Shown piece after piece: positions 51,229 to 64,000 of a stretch of DNA of 64,000 nt. The notes below the pieces were generated by a model, which did no database searches, was not told where the DNA came from, and worked only from the letters and a program-made list of their open reading frames with translations. Position 1 is the stretch's first letter. Every line of letters starts with the position of its first letter. A program made the translations under genes and the position numbers. Location: contig CM075988.1 of NCBI GenBank assembly GCA_038087875.1, forward strand, positions 4,402,001-4,466,000, given 5' to 3'. This DNA is from Malacoraja senta (taxonomy: Eukaryota).

Positions 51229-54200
51229 AATAGGAAGATTAAACGAGAACTTACCAGTTTGAAGTTTGATCTTTATTTAATGAGGAGTTACGATGAGGGA
51301 TTACGTGAGGAAGCCCACCAGCCTGCATCCGCGTCAATCTTCAAAGCAGCGGTGTGAAATCACAGATAACAGTGTTGAACTGATTATAGGAAGATTCGAG
51401 AAACTAGAACTACCACATGACTTTTATGAGAAGAGGGTTAGGAGCGGAGGGCACGTAATCCCTCATCGTAACTCCTCATAAAATAAAGATCAAACTTCAA
51501 ACTGGTAACTTCTCGTTTAATCTTCCTATTTTACTTTGGAGTCACGTGAGTGACTACATGAAGATTTCAAAGCTCTGTGATTTCATGCCGCAAACACGAG
51601 TTCACACCACACACTGCATCAGTTGACCAGAAATGCTTGAAAACTAATAATGCATTCAGACATGACATAGATTTAAAACATGCTGATGCTAATAATAAGC
51701 AAATAATAAGCAAATTATTGAATAGAACTTAAACGAACCCGGCCTGGCGATCGGTTAATTATAAAAGGTTTGGAAAGTCCGATCATTTGACCATCCTACT
51801 GTCGCTAGGACGCGGTCCAGCAGAACCTCCATGAACCTTGCTGCTGATGTTATCACAGCCTGGGTGGAGTGAGATTTAAAACATCAGTGTTCACTCCTGC
51901 ACAAGCCAATACATATCTAAACCATCTGGAGATGGTCTGCACTGAAACCCTCTTGTGTGTTTTTTTGTGGCTAACGAACATTGCCAGCTCAGTGCTTCTA
52001 AGGTTCTTTGTAGCCTTAAAATATTGATGAATATGTGTGACAACACACAATCTATGGTCCATAGGATATGCCAGAATTCCAGCTTTAGACCCGGCTTGCT
52101 TAGTTTAATAACTCATTTACATAGAATGTTATTTTGTTGGTAGATATAACCATTCTGTTCAGCCGTAGCTTATGCAATGACTGGACGCGTTGCGCTGAAC
52201 CAGGGCCATGAGCATAACTACCTTATATGAGAGCCGGGCCAAATATAAGGATGCAGCTGGAGCCCACCAGCGAAGTAGTGTTAACACAATGTTAATATCC
52301 CATACTTCCGTGTACCTGGGCCTGGGAGAATTTGTGTTAAAGATATCCTTCATAAATCTGGATATCAGAGGGTGAGACCGGACAGAGTGGGTCCTGATCC
52401 CTGCAGCAATTATGATGAGAAGGCACTTTTGGCACATTTAATGGCACTATAACTTCATTTTTTGTCAAAGACCCATTCGAAAATGAACTCCAAGATGTCA
52501 GTTATCTGAGCCGTATGATATGTTATACTAGCATTTAAACAAACACTTCCCATCTCCTGATGAGGAAATGTACTGCTTATTGGTGCTATCCCTCCAAGCT
52601 GCAGTGACCACGTCCACCGTTCGGTCTGACAATCGGAGCCCCAGGAATGGTCTTCTTAGAGTCTGCAAATCAATAAGTTGATTATATCCCGCAGAGGGTG
52701 GGTTTCCGAGTCACGGGATGAACCAGCAAATTTTTGTGTTTAGAGATAACCATATAAGGTTCTATAATCATTCCCAACGTCAGCCGGAGCCATGGCTACA
52801 TAGGCCAGTCAGGCACTACGAAAATGCCTGAAGCGGAATCTTGCTGGATTTTTTGCAAGACCCGACTGATGAGGCAAAATGGAGGAAAGACATAAAAGAA
52901 CATTCCTCCTCAGTGTAGCGAGAATGCATCTAACGCCACTGCCCCAGGGTCTGGCTCCCATGCCACATATTTTTGCAACTGGTGATTGAGCCTAGATGCA
53001 AACAAATCGATATTTGGTGTTCCATATTGAGCAGCAATGTCATTAAATACTTTGTGATCCAACATCCATTCTGTGTTGTCATTGAATTTACGTGACGATA
53101 CACCAGCGCCAAATGAGGTTAGGTAAACTATCACAGGATACTGACTTGATTCCACCCATGTCATTAATATATGCCACCACTGTAGTGTTATCAACTTGTA
53201 GTTGAGCATGCAGATTATGCATATTCGCACAATAAGCCTTTAACCCATAGAATGCCCCCAGTGTCTCTAGGTAGTTGATACCATATAACTGAAGAATTGG
53301 TAACTCATGCACATCCCATCTGCCTCCGTAACTAAAGATGATATTAGTAATTTCCCATCTTTGAGCACTAGCATCAGTTTGTAATATAACTGAAGGTTTA
53401 CTGATCAAAAATGTTACTGGAGCAATGCTGAATACTGTTCGTCCACCATTGTAACTCTAATAGCTTCAGCTGGTAATAGCATAGGTCTGTTAACAATGAC
53501 CTAAATGGTACTTGAGAGCTTGCTCCTTTGCACGTTGTAAGTTCTGATAATGCAAAGGCCCAAATTGCGCAGCTGGAAAAAATAGCCACTATATTGCCAA
53601 TTTAACTAGCCACCTGACGAATAGAAAGCTGCTTCATAACAACAAGGTTGTTACAGGCTTCTATTAATTCTAATCTCTTGCCCCAGGGAGGAGTCACAGA
53701 CAAATTAATAGAGTTAAAGGTAAATCCCAAATAATCAATAATTCTAGTTGGTATCAACTTAAATTTAACTGGATGGATGAGAAACCCCAATTTCTCAAAT
53801 ATGAGTTTCGCAGCTGAAACAGCTAATTTAGCCAAATACAGTATTTTAAAATATCACCCAGTTAGGCCATAACAATGTGTTTTTGAGCTCTGAGCAGCCC
53901 AAGCACCGGCTTTAGTAATTTGGTAAATAACCTGGGAGTTGAAGGTAGCCCATTTTGCAACGCTTTAAACTGCTATCGTTGCCCCATCCAGCTAAATTTC
54001 AAATATCTCCTGTGATCCCTGTGAATGAGAACTGAATAGTATGCATCTTTGAGATCGATGCATGCCATAAAGCATCCTTTGAGAATCAGTTGTTAGACAG
54101 TAACGAAGTTTTCCATTTTTAAATGTCTATACTGCACATGTGAGTTAAGTGTGAGTTAAATCAAGGATGATCCGACATCCTCCATCTTTCTTTTTTGGAG

Positions 54201-56866
54201 GTGCAGGGTGTCGTCGCCGAAACGGTGAAGCTTTGCTCGTCGTGGGTGCTTTAATTAACCCGACAGCTTTGCTTCCTCATCCAGATCTTTTACTTGTTTG
54301 GAAATCTGCTTGTATATTCAAACCTTTTTGTTTGGAATGAAGAAATGCCCAACTTGGTGCATATTGAATGGGTGGCAATGAGTTAAAGGAAATTTCAATT
54401 TGTAACACGTACTCTGTGCAGTATAAACTGATATGATGTTTTTTTTTTGTTTTTGTTTTTTAATTTTTATTTATTAGAAGTACATTACATTACAACCACA
54501 TACATTAATACTCGTCATTTGTATCTTCTTACAATTAATGTACTCCCTTTATTTTTATTTTTTTACACTAAAAAAGGAAAAGATTGAAAGAGAGAAGAAA
54601 GTGAAGGAAAAAGTGAAAGTGTAGAAAAGTGTAGAAAATGTAACAACAAAAAAGGACGAAGACCCTATGAGAGCGAAATTAAAAACAAAAGAAAAAGAGT
54701 TAAGAAATAGGCCCTAGGAAAAAAAAAAGAGAAAAAGAGAGAGGAAAAAAAAAGAAAAACAAATATTTTTTTGAGCATTACGTAAATAGGACATACCAAC
54801 TCTTCAACTATCATCCCCCCTTACCCGACCTCAATTTTTTATTTTTTTTTAAGTACTTTTGCACCCTATGTTTGTAATAATTCTATAAATGCAGACCACG
54901 TCAGGTGGAAGTGATCTGGTTTACCTGCTAGGAGGAGTCTTATCTCTTCTAGGTGTAGTGTTTCAAACATATTTGAAATCCACATATTTATAGTTGGTAT
55001 TGGAGCCTTCTTCCAAAATTTTAGAATTAGCTTTTTTCCAGTTATTAACCCATAGTCCATTAATTTCTTTTGAAACACATTTAGTTCTGGATCATCTTCC
55101 GTTATTCCGAAGATAATCCATTCTGCTTTGGGTATCAGTCTTGTTTTAAATAACTTTGTAAAGATTTCAAAAATTTCATTCCAAAATTTTTGAATTTTTG
55201 TACAGAAGACGAATGAGTGCGCTATAGTAGCTTCTTGGGAAACTGATATGATGTTATCCTTTTATTTTATAAATGGATCTGATGTTATCCATTGCCATTC
55301 GTGCAAAAAACAAATGTAATGTATCACCAACTTGTAACTGGTCCACACACCCCATGTTTCGGAAAGAACCAGACCCACCTACCTCCATGGTTACCGTTGG
55401 TCTTATGGTAAGCCCAAAGGCACCTGATGCGGGTTCTATTTCCGTCCTCGAGATTTTGAGGGTAGGACTGCTGGGGTGCGTGGATTGCGCATTTTCCCTG
55501 AGGGCCGGCTTGGGCCTTGGCCTAAAAGACCTCTGCACAGAGAATCAGCTTTCGAGCTGCCACCAGCTTCAGTGAACCACTTACTGGCGATGGAGGCGTA
55601 GGGGTGTTCTCGCCGAAACGGTGAAGCTTTGCTCGTCGTTGGTACCTTGATTAGTCTGACAGCTTTTGCTTCCTCATCCAGGTCTTTTACCTGTTTGGGT
55701 AGGTCTTCCCCGAAGAGAAGATTCGGCGGCTGGACATTGCTGGCCTTACATAAGATTGCAAATTTGGGATTTAAGGCAGGTCTGATGGCGTTCTTCTGAA
55801 AGCAGTTCATTTCGAAGTGTGCATTGCACATCAGCGCCAGGGCATCATGCTGGACGTCCGATAAGAGCCCGCCATCCACAGGTCTGGCAAATGCCGTGAT
55901 GCCTGAGGCCAGTAATTGTTTTAATTTGTTGGCGTTTCATTTCCTGGGTTTTGATGCCCCCTCCAATGTATCCCCAGATAGCGCTGTTCACTGCCGGCAC
56001 TTTGAGGAATGCACAATTTACAGGTGTATGGTATTTTGCAGCCGTCACCTGTTCCTGTAATGATGTGACGTGAGCTAGTTGATGCTGGAAGCCAACTCTT
56101 CTTGCAGCGGCTCCTTTGTTTGCGAGGGTATCACATACCTTGATGCCATGGCAGACAATTCTTGAACCTCACGCATGCATCCCAGTATGCTCCACGGACA
56201 TACTTCTGAATTCGGAGTCAGTAATTCACTGACCCCTGGCACTCCCCTCCACAGAGAGGGAGATTTTAAAGCAGCCCTGAAAACAGGCGCTGCCGCAGGG
56301 CCCCGAGGAGACCTGCGCTGATATGGCACAGTTTTACGGAGCATATCATGATAGAGCATCCTCTGTGGGTTGAACGCCCGAGGACTCTATCCATGCTCCA
56401 TCTGGGATAAACGCCCGAGGACGTTACCCATGTTTGTCGGAGGGGAACTCTCCTGGCCTGACTCGTCCGAGTCCACAGGCCTCTTCAGACTCCGTTTGGC
56501 TTTGTCCCATTTCGGGGTTGCCAAAGCCTGAAGTCGCTGACCGCACTGTCAGCGACTCGGGCAGCGAACCCGCCGGCCGCTGGCTACCCGCACTCTCGCG
56601 GTCCTCCATAGCCGGTTTCCCTGCGGCCCATCTGGATTTCGCCCTGGATTTCCATATCCAGCAGGAAACTCTGTAAAAGAGATTCCTGCAACCAAAAAAT
56701 ACAACCTGAAAATAAGTTCAAAAACATACCTGCAGGGTTTGAAACTTACCGCTAGAGGAGCGACGCGCCTCCCAGCCAATCGTTGCGCCATGCGTTAGAC
56801 GTATTGACTCGCATGCGGGCTGGCGGGCTTCTTCACGTAGTCACTCACGTGACTCCGAAGTAAAAT
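51229..56866 (-). mobile_element. DIRS retrotransposon copy 3 (best preserved)
   Basis: gag-like 55436-56600; RT (LGFLIHPVK..YLGF); RNase H QTDAS..INYLE..DNTTVVAYIN; methyltransferase PNIDLFASRLN..DAFSL; YR PRPRYTEVWD; ITR and ICR at 51229-51565 and 56805-56866. Confidence 0.92.
54441..55239 (-). mobile_element. L1-clade LINE 3' fragment with poly(A), 16-bp TSD, inside DIRS copy 3
   Basis: TSD aaactgatatgatgtt at 54425-54440 and 55240-55255; ORF2 end ..GKKLILKFWKK..W..EEI..W; T-run on the plus strand. Confidence 0.88.
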
Positions 56867-58779
56867 CTATGGAATTCATTGCCACAGCAGGCTGTGGAGG
56901 CCAAGTCAATGGATATTTTTAAGGCAGAGATTGACAGATTCTTGATTAGTACGGGTGTCAGGGGTTATGGGGAGAAGGCATGAGAATGGGGTTAGAAGGG
57001 AGTGATAGAGCAGCCATGAATGAATGGCAGAGTAGATTTGATGGGCTGAATGGCCTAATTCTACTCCTATCACATGAAATTATGTACTTAAAGATGTCCT
57101 AGAAGGGATATTTACAACATTCTAGAACCTCATGCGACTTCAAATGCTCATTCAAATGGTAAATGCTGTAATGTGCTTAATTAATGCCCAATAAAGTCAT
57201 AGTGTCATACAGCAGAGGCACAGGCCTTTCGGCCCAACTAGTCCATGCCAACCAAGTGCCCATCTATGTGAATGAAGGAACTGCAGATGCTCGTTTACAA
57301 TGAAAATAGACACAAAAAGCTGGAGTAACTCAGCAGATCATCGGCTCTCTGTCTGAAGAATGGTTTCAATCACCTATTCCTTTACTCTAGAGATGCTGCC
57401 TGACCTGTTGAAATACTCCAGCCTTTTGTGCCCATCTATGCGAGTTCCATTTACGCATATTTGACCATATCCCGCAAAAACATTTCTGATCATGTAACTG
57501 TCCAAAACTCCTTTCAATGTAGTTATTCCACCTTCTATCTGCTTCCTCTGGCAGCTCATTCAATTCCTTCAGCTCTGACAATCTGCATAGGCAGCTTATC
57601 GTATCCCCATGTCAGGTAGCCTTGACCCATTTACAGTTGATGTGGTGGTTTGGTTTGTTCTCATGTCCCTTCTCTCATTCTGTACCACTTCAGTCGTGAA
57701 ATACTTCATTTCCAGCTGACTCACTGCCCCTGAGGGACACTGTGGCTTCTTTCACTTAGATGCTCCGTCCCTGAGTGAGTACCCATGGAGGTACGTGTGG
57801 TGAAAGTCTTTTCATGTCTTTTCTTTCAGCTATCCTGTTCCGCTCGAGGCTTCACTGTGAGTGCGGGCGTGGTACTGAATCACCAGACTATATTCAGCAG
57901 CTTTAAAGTATTCTCATATTTGAAAGAACCAAAATCAAAAAAATAAGTGTGTTTAGGGGAGAAGGCAGGAGGATAGGGGTGAGAGGGAAAGATAGATTGG
58001 CTATGATTGAATGCCGGCATAGACTTAGAGTCATAGTCATACAGCATGGAAACAGGCCCTTCGGCCCAAGTTGCCCACGCCGACCAACATGCCCCATCTA
58101 CACTGATCCCACCTGCCTGTGTTTGGCCCATATCCCTCTATCCGTTGTGATAGTCTCTGCCTCAACTACTTCCTCCAGCATCTCATTCCTTACACCCACC
58201 CCCCTTTGTGTGAAAAAGTTACCCTCAGGTTCCTATTAAATCTTTCCCCTCTCCTCAACTTAAACTTATGTCCTCTGGTTCTCGATTCCCCTACTCTGGA
58301 CAAAAGACTCTGTGCATTTACCCGATCTATTCATAGTCATGGTCATAATGGGTCGAATGGACATGATGGGCTGAATAGCCTAATTCTGCTCCTATGACAT
58401 GAATTTATGAAAATAAAAATATCAAGAAAATAGGCCAATTATCTTCCATGAACATGCTTGTTTAAGACCAGAGTTAATGTTTACACCACCTTCTCTGCAG
58501 AATAAAAAGCAAAGCGCGTTCTTTTCTGAGAATTGCAAAGTATGATATTTGTGTATTTAAATGTAGCTTTGGTTAGTGGAAACAAAGAATTGCAGATGCT
58601 GGTTAATTCGGGTCTGAAGATATGTTCCAACCCGAAACATCACGTATCCATGTTCTCTGAGGATAGACACAAAATGCTGGTGTAACTCAGAGGGGCAGGC
58701 AGCAGGAATAGGTGACATTTCGGGTGGAGACCCTTCTGCAGACTGATTCTCTGGGGATGCTGCCTGACCCGCTGAGATA

Positions 58780-59960
58780 CTGGTGGTGGGCGTCAGTCAT
58801 ATTGCCCTGCAGAGAATGTCCAGGTTCTACCGGGACCTGCTCAGAGTCTGAAACTTGGTCGCCTACGACCTGGGCCCCCCTCCGCTGGCGTTGGGCGATG
58901 GCCCGGCAGCGAGAGCGGGCAGCCGTTGTCCTTTCCCACTAGGTGTCGGGGAGGCTCGAACATGTGGAGTAATTCTGACTGAGCTGACGAGAACTCAGCC
59001 GGATGTACTCATTGGACAAAAGGTATAGAAGTGTGAAAACGCACAACGCCTGATTCAGGGGCAGTTTCTACCCAGCTGTTATCCGGCAACTGAATCATCC
59101 GACCACAACCAGAGTGCTGAGCTAAACTACTATCTACCGCATTGGTGACCCTTGGATAATCCTTGATTGGACTTTCCTGGCTTTACCTTGCACTAAATGT
59201 TATTCCCTTATCATGTATCTGTACACTGTAAATGGCTCAATTGTAATCATGTATTATCTTTCTGCTGACTGGGTAGCACGCGACAAAAAGCTTTTCACTG
59301 TACCTTGGTACACGTTACAATCAACTGAACCGAACTGAACTGACCCCGACCCCAGAATCTTTCACGGGAATCGGTTCCACACAACCTGAGCCATTTTTCC
59401 TCAACACCTCCGTGCCCTTCCGAAATGCAGGGATCTGTCTCCGGTATGGAATGTTCCCCCACTCCCTACACTTTCACCCCCTAGTCCACCGTCCGGACAC
59501 GCCATCTATTTTAATATCGGTCAGGAGAGGGGTTCCCAGTGGAGGTCCCTGCAAGCAGGGATTCTTCACATCGGGGACTTGGGGTGGAGGTACTACACCG
59601 AGCTGCCCCATGTAACAAATTCCTGAAGACAGACACAAAAACCTGGAGTAACTCAGCGGGACAGGCAGCATCTCTGGATGGAAGGAATGGGTGACGTTTC
59701 GAGAGATGCCGCCTGTCCCGCTGAGTTACTCCAGCATTTTGTGTCCACCTTCGATTTAAACCAGCATCTGCAGTTCTTTCTTACAGAGTCACCAGTTGCC
59801 TGCCACTTCTGAGGTCTGGAAAAATCTGTATACGCATATATGGTATGTGTGAGCCTACCCCTCTTCCAGGGTTATGTCCGTGCCCAGATACGTGGTGTTC
59901 ACTCACACCAAGGTGTGGTTCCGGGACCATGGGGCACCGGGGGGGGGATTGACTAAACCC
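58780..59960 (+). mobile_element. Old Tx1/L1-like ORF2 remnant interrupted by Rex1 tail and pLTR pieces
   Basis: LHFHPLVHRPDTP and IGDLGWRYY motifs resemble Tx1 ORF2 C-termini. Confidence 0.45.
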
Positions 59961-59984
59961 TGGATCAGGATTGTAATTCAGTAC

Positions 59985-60998
59985 AATAATGCTCAACACT
60001 GGTGCCCCGCAAGGATGCGTTCTCACCTCCTTTCTTTACTCCTTCCACACCCACGACTGTGCCGTCGCGTACAAATTTAACTCAATTTACAAATTCGCAG
60101 ACGAAACCACCATTGTGGGCCGGATGTCAAATAATGATGAGACGGAGTACAGGAAGGAGATCGAGATCCTCGTGTCCTGGTATCAGGACAACAACCTTTC
60201 TCTCGATGTCAGCAAGACAAAGGAGATAGTGATCGACTTCAGCAAGTGAAGCGGTACACATACCCCAGTTTGCATTGACGGCGCCGAAGTAGAGACGGTT
60301 GAAAACTTCAAATACCTAAGAGTAAATATCACCAACAACTTCTCCTGGACCACCCATATTGAAGCAACGAGCAAGAAAGCACACCAATGCTTCTACTTCC
60401 TCAGAAGGCTTAGGAAGTTCGTCATGTCCCTAACAATACTCACCAACTTCTACAGATGCACCAGAGAAAGCATTTTATCAGGATGCATCACAGCTTGGTT
60501 TGGGAACAGCTCCATCCAAGACCGCAAGAAATTGCAGCGAATTGTGGACGCAGCCCAGACCATAACACAAACCAACCTCCCTTCCATTGTCTCCATTCAT
60601 ACCTCATGCTGCCTCGGCAAGGCCAGCAGCATAATCAAGGACAAGTCGCACCCCGGCCACACTCTCTTCTCCCCTCTCCCATCGAGCAAAAGGTACAGAA
60701 TTGTGAAAATTCACACATTCAGATTCAGTTTCTTCCCAGCTGTTATCAGACCACTGAACCATCCTACCACAAATAGAGAGCAGTCCTCAACTACTATCTA
60801 CCTCATTGGTGACCTTCGGACTATCTTTGATCGGACTTTACTGGCTTTATCTTGCAATAAATGTTATTCCCTTATCCTGTATCTGTGCACTGTAAATGGC
60901 TCGATTGTAATCATGTATTGTCTTTTCGCAGACTGGTTAGCATGCAACAAAAGCTTTTCACTGTACCTCAGTACATGTGACAATAAACTAAACTGAAC
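59985..60998 (+). mobile_element. Second Rex1-like LINE family, 3' part; solo tails also at about 5880-6080, 48575-48800, 48945-49195 and 59015-59340
   Basis: [42 protein letters not shown]; tgacaataaa(ctaaa/ctgaa)n tail. Confidence 0.85.
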
Positions 60999-62249
60999 TG
61001 TTGCCTCCAGTTTCAAGTAACCCCTGCATTCCCTCTCTCCCCACCCCTCCGCCACCCTCCCTGTCCTGCTAGTTCCACTGTTCACATCCATATATCCCTT
61101 TGTTATCACCTCTTCTGCAGCCACCAATGGACAAGTGTGGGCTCTGCCTTTCTTTGGTCATTGGTGCCAGCTCTGATTTGTTCTGAAACTTTTCATACCT
61201 CTAGTTTTCCTCTCTGCTGAGTTCTCATTCTGAAGAAGGGTCTTGACCCAAAATGTCACCTATTTCTTTTCGCCAAAGATGCTGTCTGACCCGCTGAGTT
61301 CCTCCAGCATTTTGTGTCCACCTCCTTTCTTAACCTCAATAGTTTAGAGTTACAGCGTGGAAACAGGCCCTTCAGCCCACCGAGTCTGTGATGACCAGCG
61401 ATCCCCGCACATTAACACTCTCCAGCACACCATGGACAATTTTACAATTGTAACAAGCCTGTACAATTACAGGGTCTACAACCCTGTACATCTTTTGGAG
61501 TGTAGGAGGAAACCGGAGCTCCCGGAGTAACCCCACACAGGTCGTGGGGAGAACATATAAACTCCATGCAGACAGCACTCGTGGTCAGGATAGAACCGGG
61601 GTTTCTGGCGCTGTAAGGCAGCAACTCTACTGCTGCGCCACTGTGCTGCCTAATTCTCGAGCTCACACCAGGATCTCAAACCACGGTGCACCCTAACCTT
61701 ACACTTTGAACTCAATTTGAACACTGTGAGCGGGTAAAATCATCTCTGACCCCTCTCACCCTGGCCACAAACCCTTTGAATCACTTCCCTCTGGAAGGCG
61801 ACTCCGGACTGTCAAAGTCACCACAGCCAGACATAAAAACAGCTTTTTTCCATGAGTTGCAGCTCTACTCAATAACCAAAAGTCTGTAGCATCATTTTGC
61901 GCTGGTGTTTTATTTCATTCACATGTTTAAACTGTAATGTTTTATTAATAATGTTTAATTGGCCCCGACCACGGGGTGTGCAAGAGGAAGAGGACTGGAC
62001 TTTGTTCCCTTCCCTCACAGTGGGAACCATTGTGGGGGGATGTTTTTATGTTTTATGTTCTTCTTTAATGTAGTGTCTCAAAGATGGCTGCCAGAAGTGA
62101 GAATGAACGCTGGCGCCATTAGCTGCCGCTGCGCTCTCTCCGAATTATGTATTGTTGCTTTTGTTTCAATTTATTTATATGTTTGTAATTTGCTTGTTTT
62201 GACTGTTAGGTATCCTTGAGTGTCCTGAAAGGCGCCCATAAATAAAATG

Positions 62250-62285
<36 letters not shown>

Positions 62286-63036
62286 TTTATGTGTCATTTT
62301 TAATTGTTACTGTATGTCGTGTTGTTACTTGCGAGCAGAGCACCAAGGCAAATTCCTTGTATGTGTACATACTTGGCCAATAAACATTCATTCATTCATG
62401 ACTTTAAACCTCTTCCTCACTCTATGCCATCTCACCTTGAGCTCACACTGAGACAGCACATCAAAATCTTACACTGTCATCTTTCTGACTTCAACACATT
62501 GAACATGGTCATTGGGCCTTTCACAGTACTGTACCCAAAGATGCACAGTAATTTGCTACAGGAGGGTTATGCCACTTATACTAGTTTAGGTTAGAGTTTA
62601 GTTTATAGGTACAATGCAGAAAAAGGCCCTCCACAGCACCGAGTACATGCATGATCCCCATACACTAGCATTACACCAACTATGATCCCACACACTAGCA
62701 CTACCCTGCACACCAGGGACAATTTACAATTGTTACCCAAGCCAATTAACCTACAAACTTGTACGTTTTTAGAGTGTGAGAGCAAACCGAACACCTGGGG
62801 AAAACCAATGCAATCGCATGGAGAACATACAAACACCATACAGACCGCACCCATAGTCAGGATCGAACCAGGGTCTCTGGCGCTGTAAGGCAGCAACTGT
62901 ACCACTGCGCCACTGTGCTGCCACTTATGCTAATGGGGCTTTAGGTGACCTGCATGAAAAAATTAATAGTCCATGAAAATTATTGGGCCATCAACAGAAA
63001 AGCTCTTCAATCAGTATTTTCCCGGTTTGCTTGCAG

Positions 63037-63122
63037 AAATAGTAAAAGTTAAACACTCAGAACATCTTCCCTGTGGTGTCGCAGACAAGTTCATGTTTCC
63101 AGATACTCAGCATGGAACAGAG
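63037..63122 (+). other. Candidate 86-nt exon of an unidentified gene
   Basis: ttttcccggtttgcttgcag acceptor, GAG/gtaagt donor; one open frame IVKVKHSEHLPCGVADKFMFPDTQHGTE; unique sequence. Confidence 0.4.
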
Positions 63123-63423
63123 GTAAGTTGTGCTTGCGGCCACGATTTCTGGTAACTTTGACCAAGTTATGAAGTCAGGAGAGGAAGGATTACTTTTTTT
63201 TCTCAGGAGTGGTCCCTTCACCTGGAGTGTGGGAATCTGCAGAGCTCAGTTCGACCCAAAAGGCATAGTTACTGAATATATTCCAGATAAGAGACATTGC
63301 CAGAATAAGGCCACATGCAAACTAGAGCAGTGGTTCTTAACCTGGGGGTCATGACACCCTAAGAGGGTCGTTTGGAGCTTTGCCAGGGGGTCATGAAGGG
63401 GACACAAATAACATATCAATTTG

Positions 63424-64000
63424 TTTAAGAAGGAACTGCAGATGCTGGAAAATCGAAGGTAGACAACTCCTTCTGGTAGATACTTCTTCTCACCCTCCCA
63501 TGGCTATCTGGACTACACTTCTTCCCACCCTGCTTCCTGTAAGGACTCCATCCCCTACTCCCAATTCCTCCGTCTACGCCGCATCTGCACCCAGGATGAG
63601 GTGTTCCACACCAGGGCATTCGAGATGTCCTCATTCTTCAGGGAACGGGGGTTCCCCTCTTCTACTATAGATGAGGCTCTCACCAGGGTCTCTTCTATAC
63701 AAGTTGACTCTGCTCTCACTCCCCATCCCCCCACCCACAACAAGGGCCGAGTCCCCCTTGTCCTCACCTTCCACCCTATCAGCCGTCACATACAACAAAT
63801 AATCCTCCGACATTTTCGCTACTCCAACGTGATCCCACCACTTGCCACATCTTCCCATCTCCTCCCCTGTCTGCTTTCCGCAGAGACCGCTCCCTCCGGA
63901 ACTCCCTGGTCAATTCGTCCCTTCCCACCCAAACCACCCCCTCTCCGGCCACTTTCCCTTGCAACCGCAAGAAATGCTACACTTGTCGCTTCACCTCTCC
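63424..64000 (+). mobile_element. Penelope-like fragment (RT C-terminus/linker) preceded by an inverted pLTR piece; runs off the window
   Basis: HGYLDYTSSHPASCKDSIPYSQFLRLRRIC, near-identical to about 15990-16490. Confidence 0.88.

Overview
Vertebrate, almost certainly cartilaginous-fish (skate/ray-like) genomic DNA that is intronic or intergenic and mostly made of nested transposable elements. The taxon is inferred from HE1-like V-SINEs and their HER1/CR1 partner LINEs. I found no recognisable cellular gene, only weak candidate exons. Main contents: three degenerate but end-intact DIRS tyrosine-recombinase retrotransposons (19.7-24.8, 37.4-45.4 and 51.2-56.9 kb); a young, internally deleted Gypsy LTR element inserted into the ICR of one DIRS; Penelope-like elements (one uninterrupted RT+GIY-YIG ORF) plus about 20 dispersed short pLTR pieces, many carrying minimal hammerhead-ribozyme cores; Rex1/Babar, CR1, L1 and Tx1 LINE fragments; a 1.58-kb foldback palindrome with a TSD; a Harbinger-type MITE; and a near-perfect 5,160-bp tandem duplication with a microhomology junction. 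All calls come from reading motifs by eye; no database searches were run.
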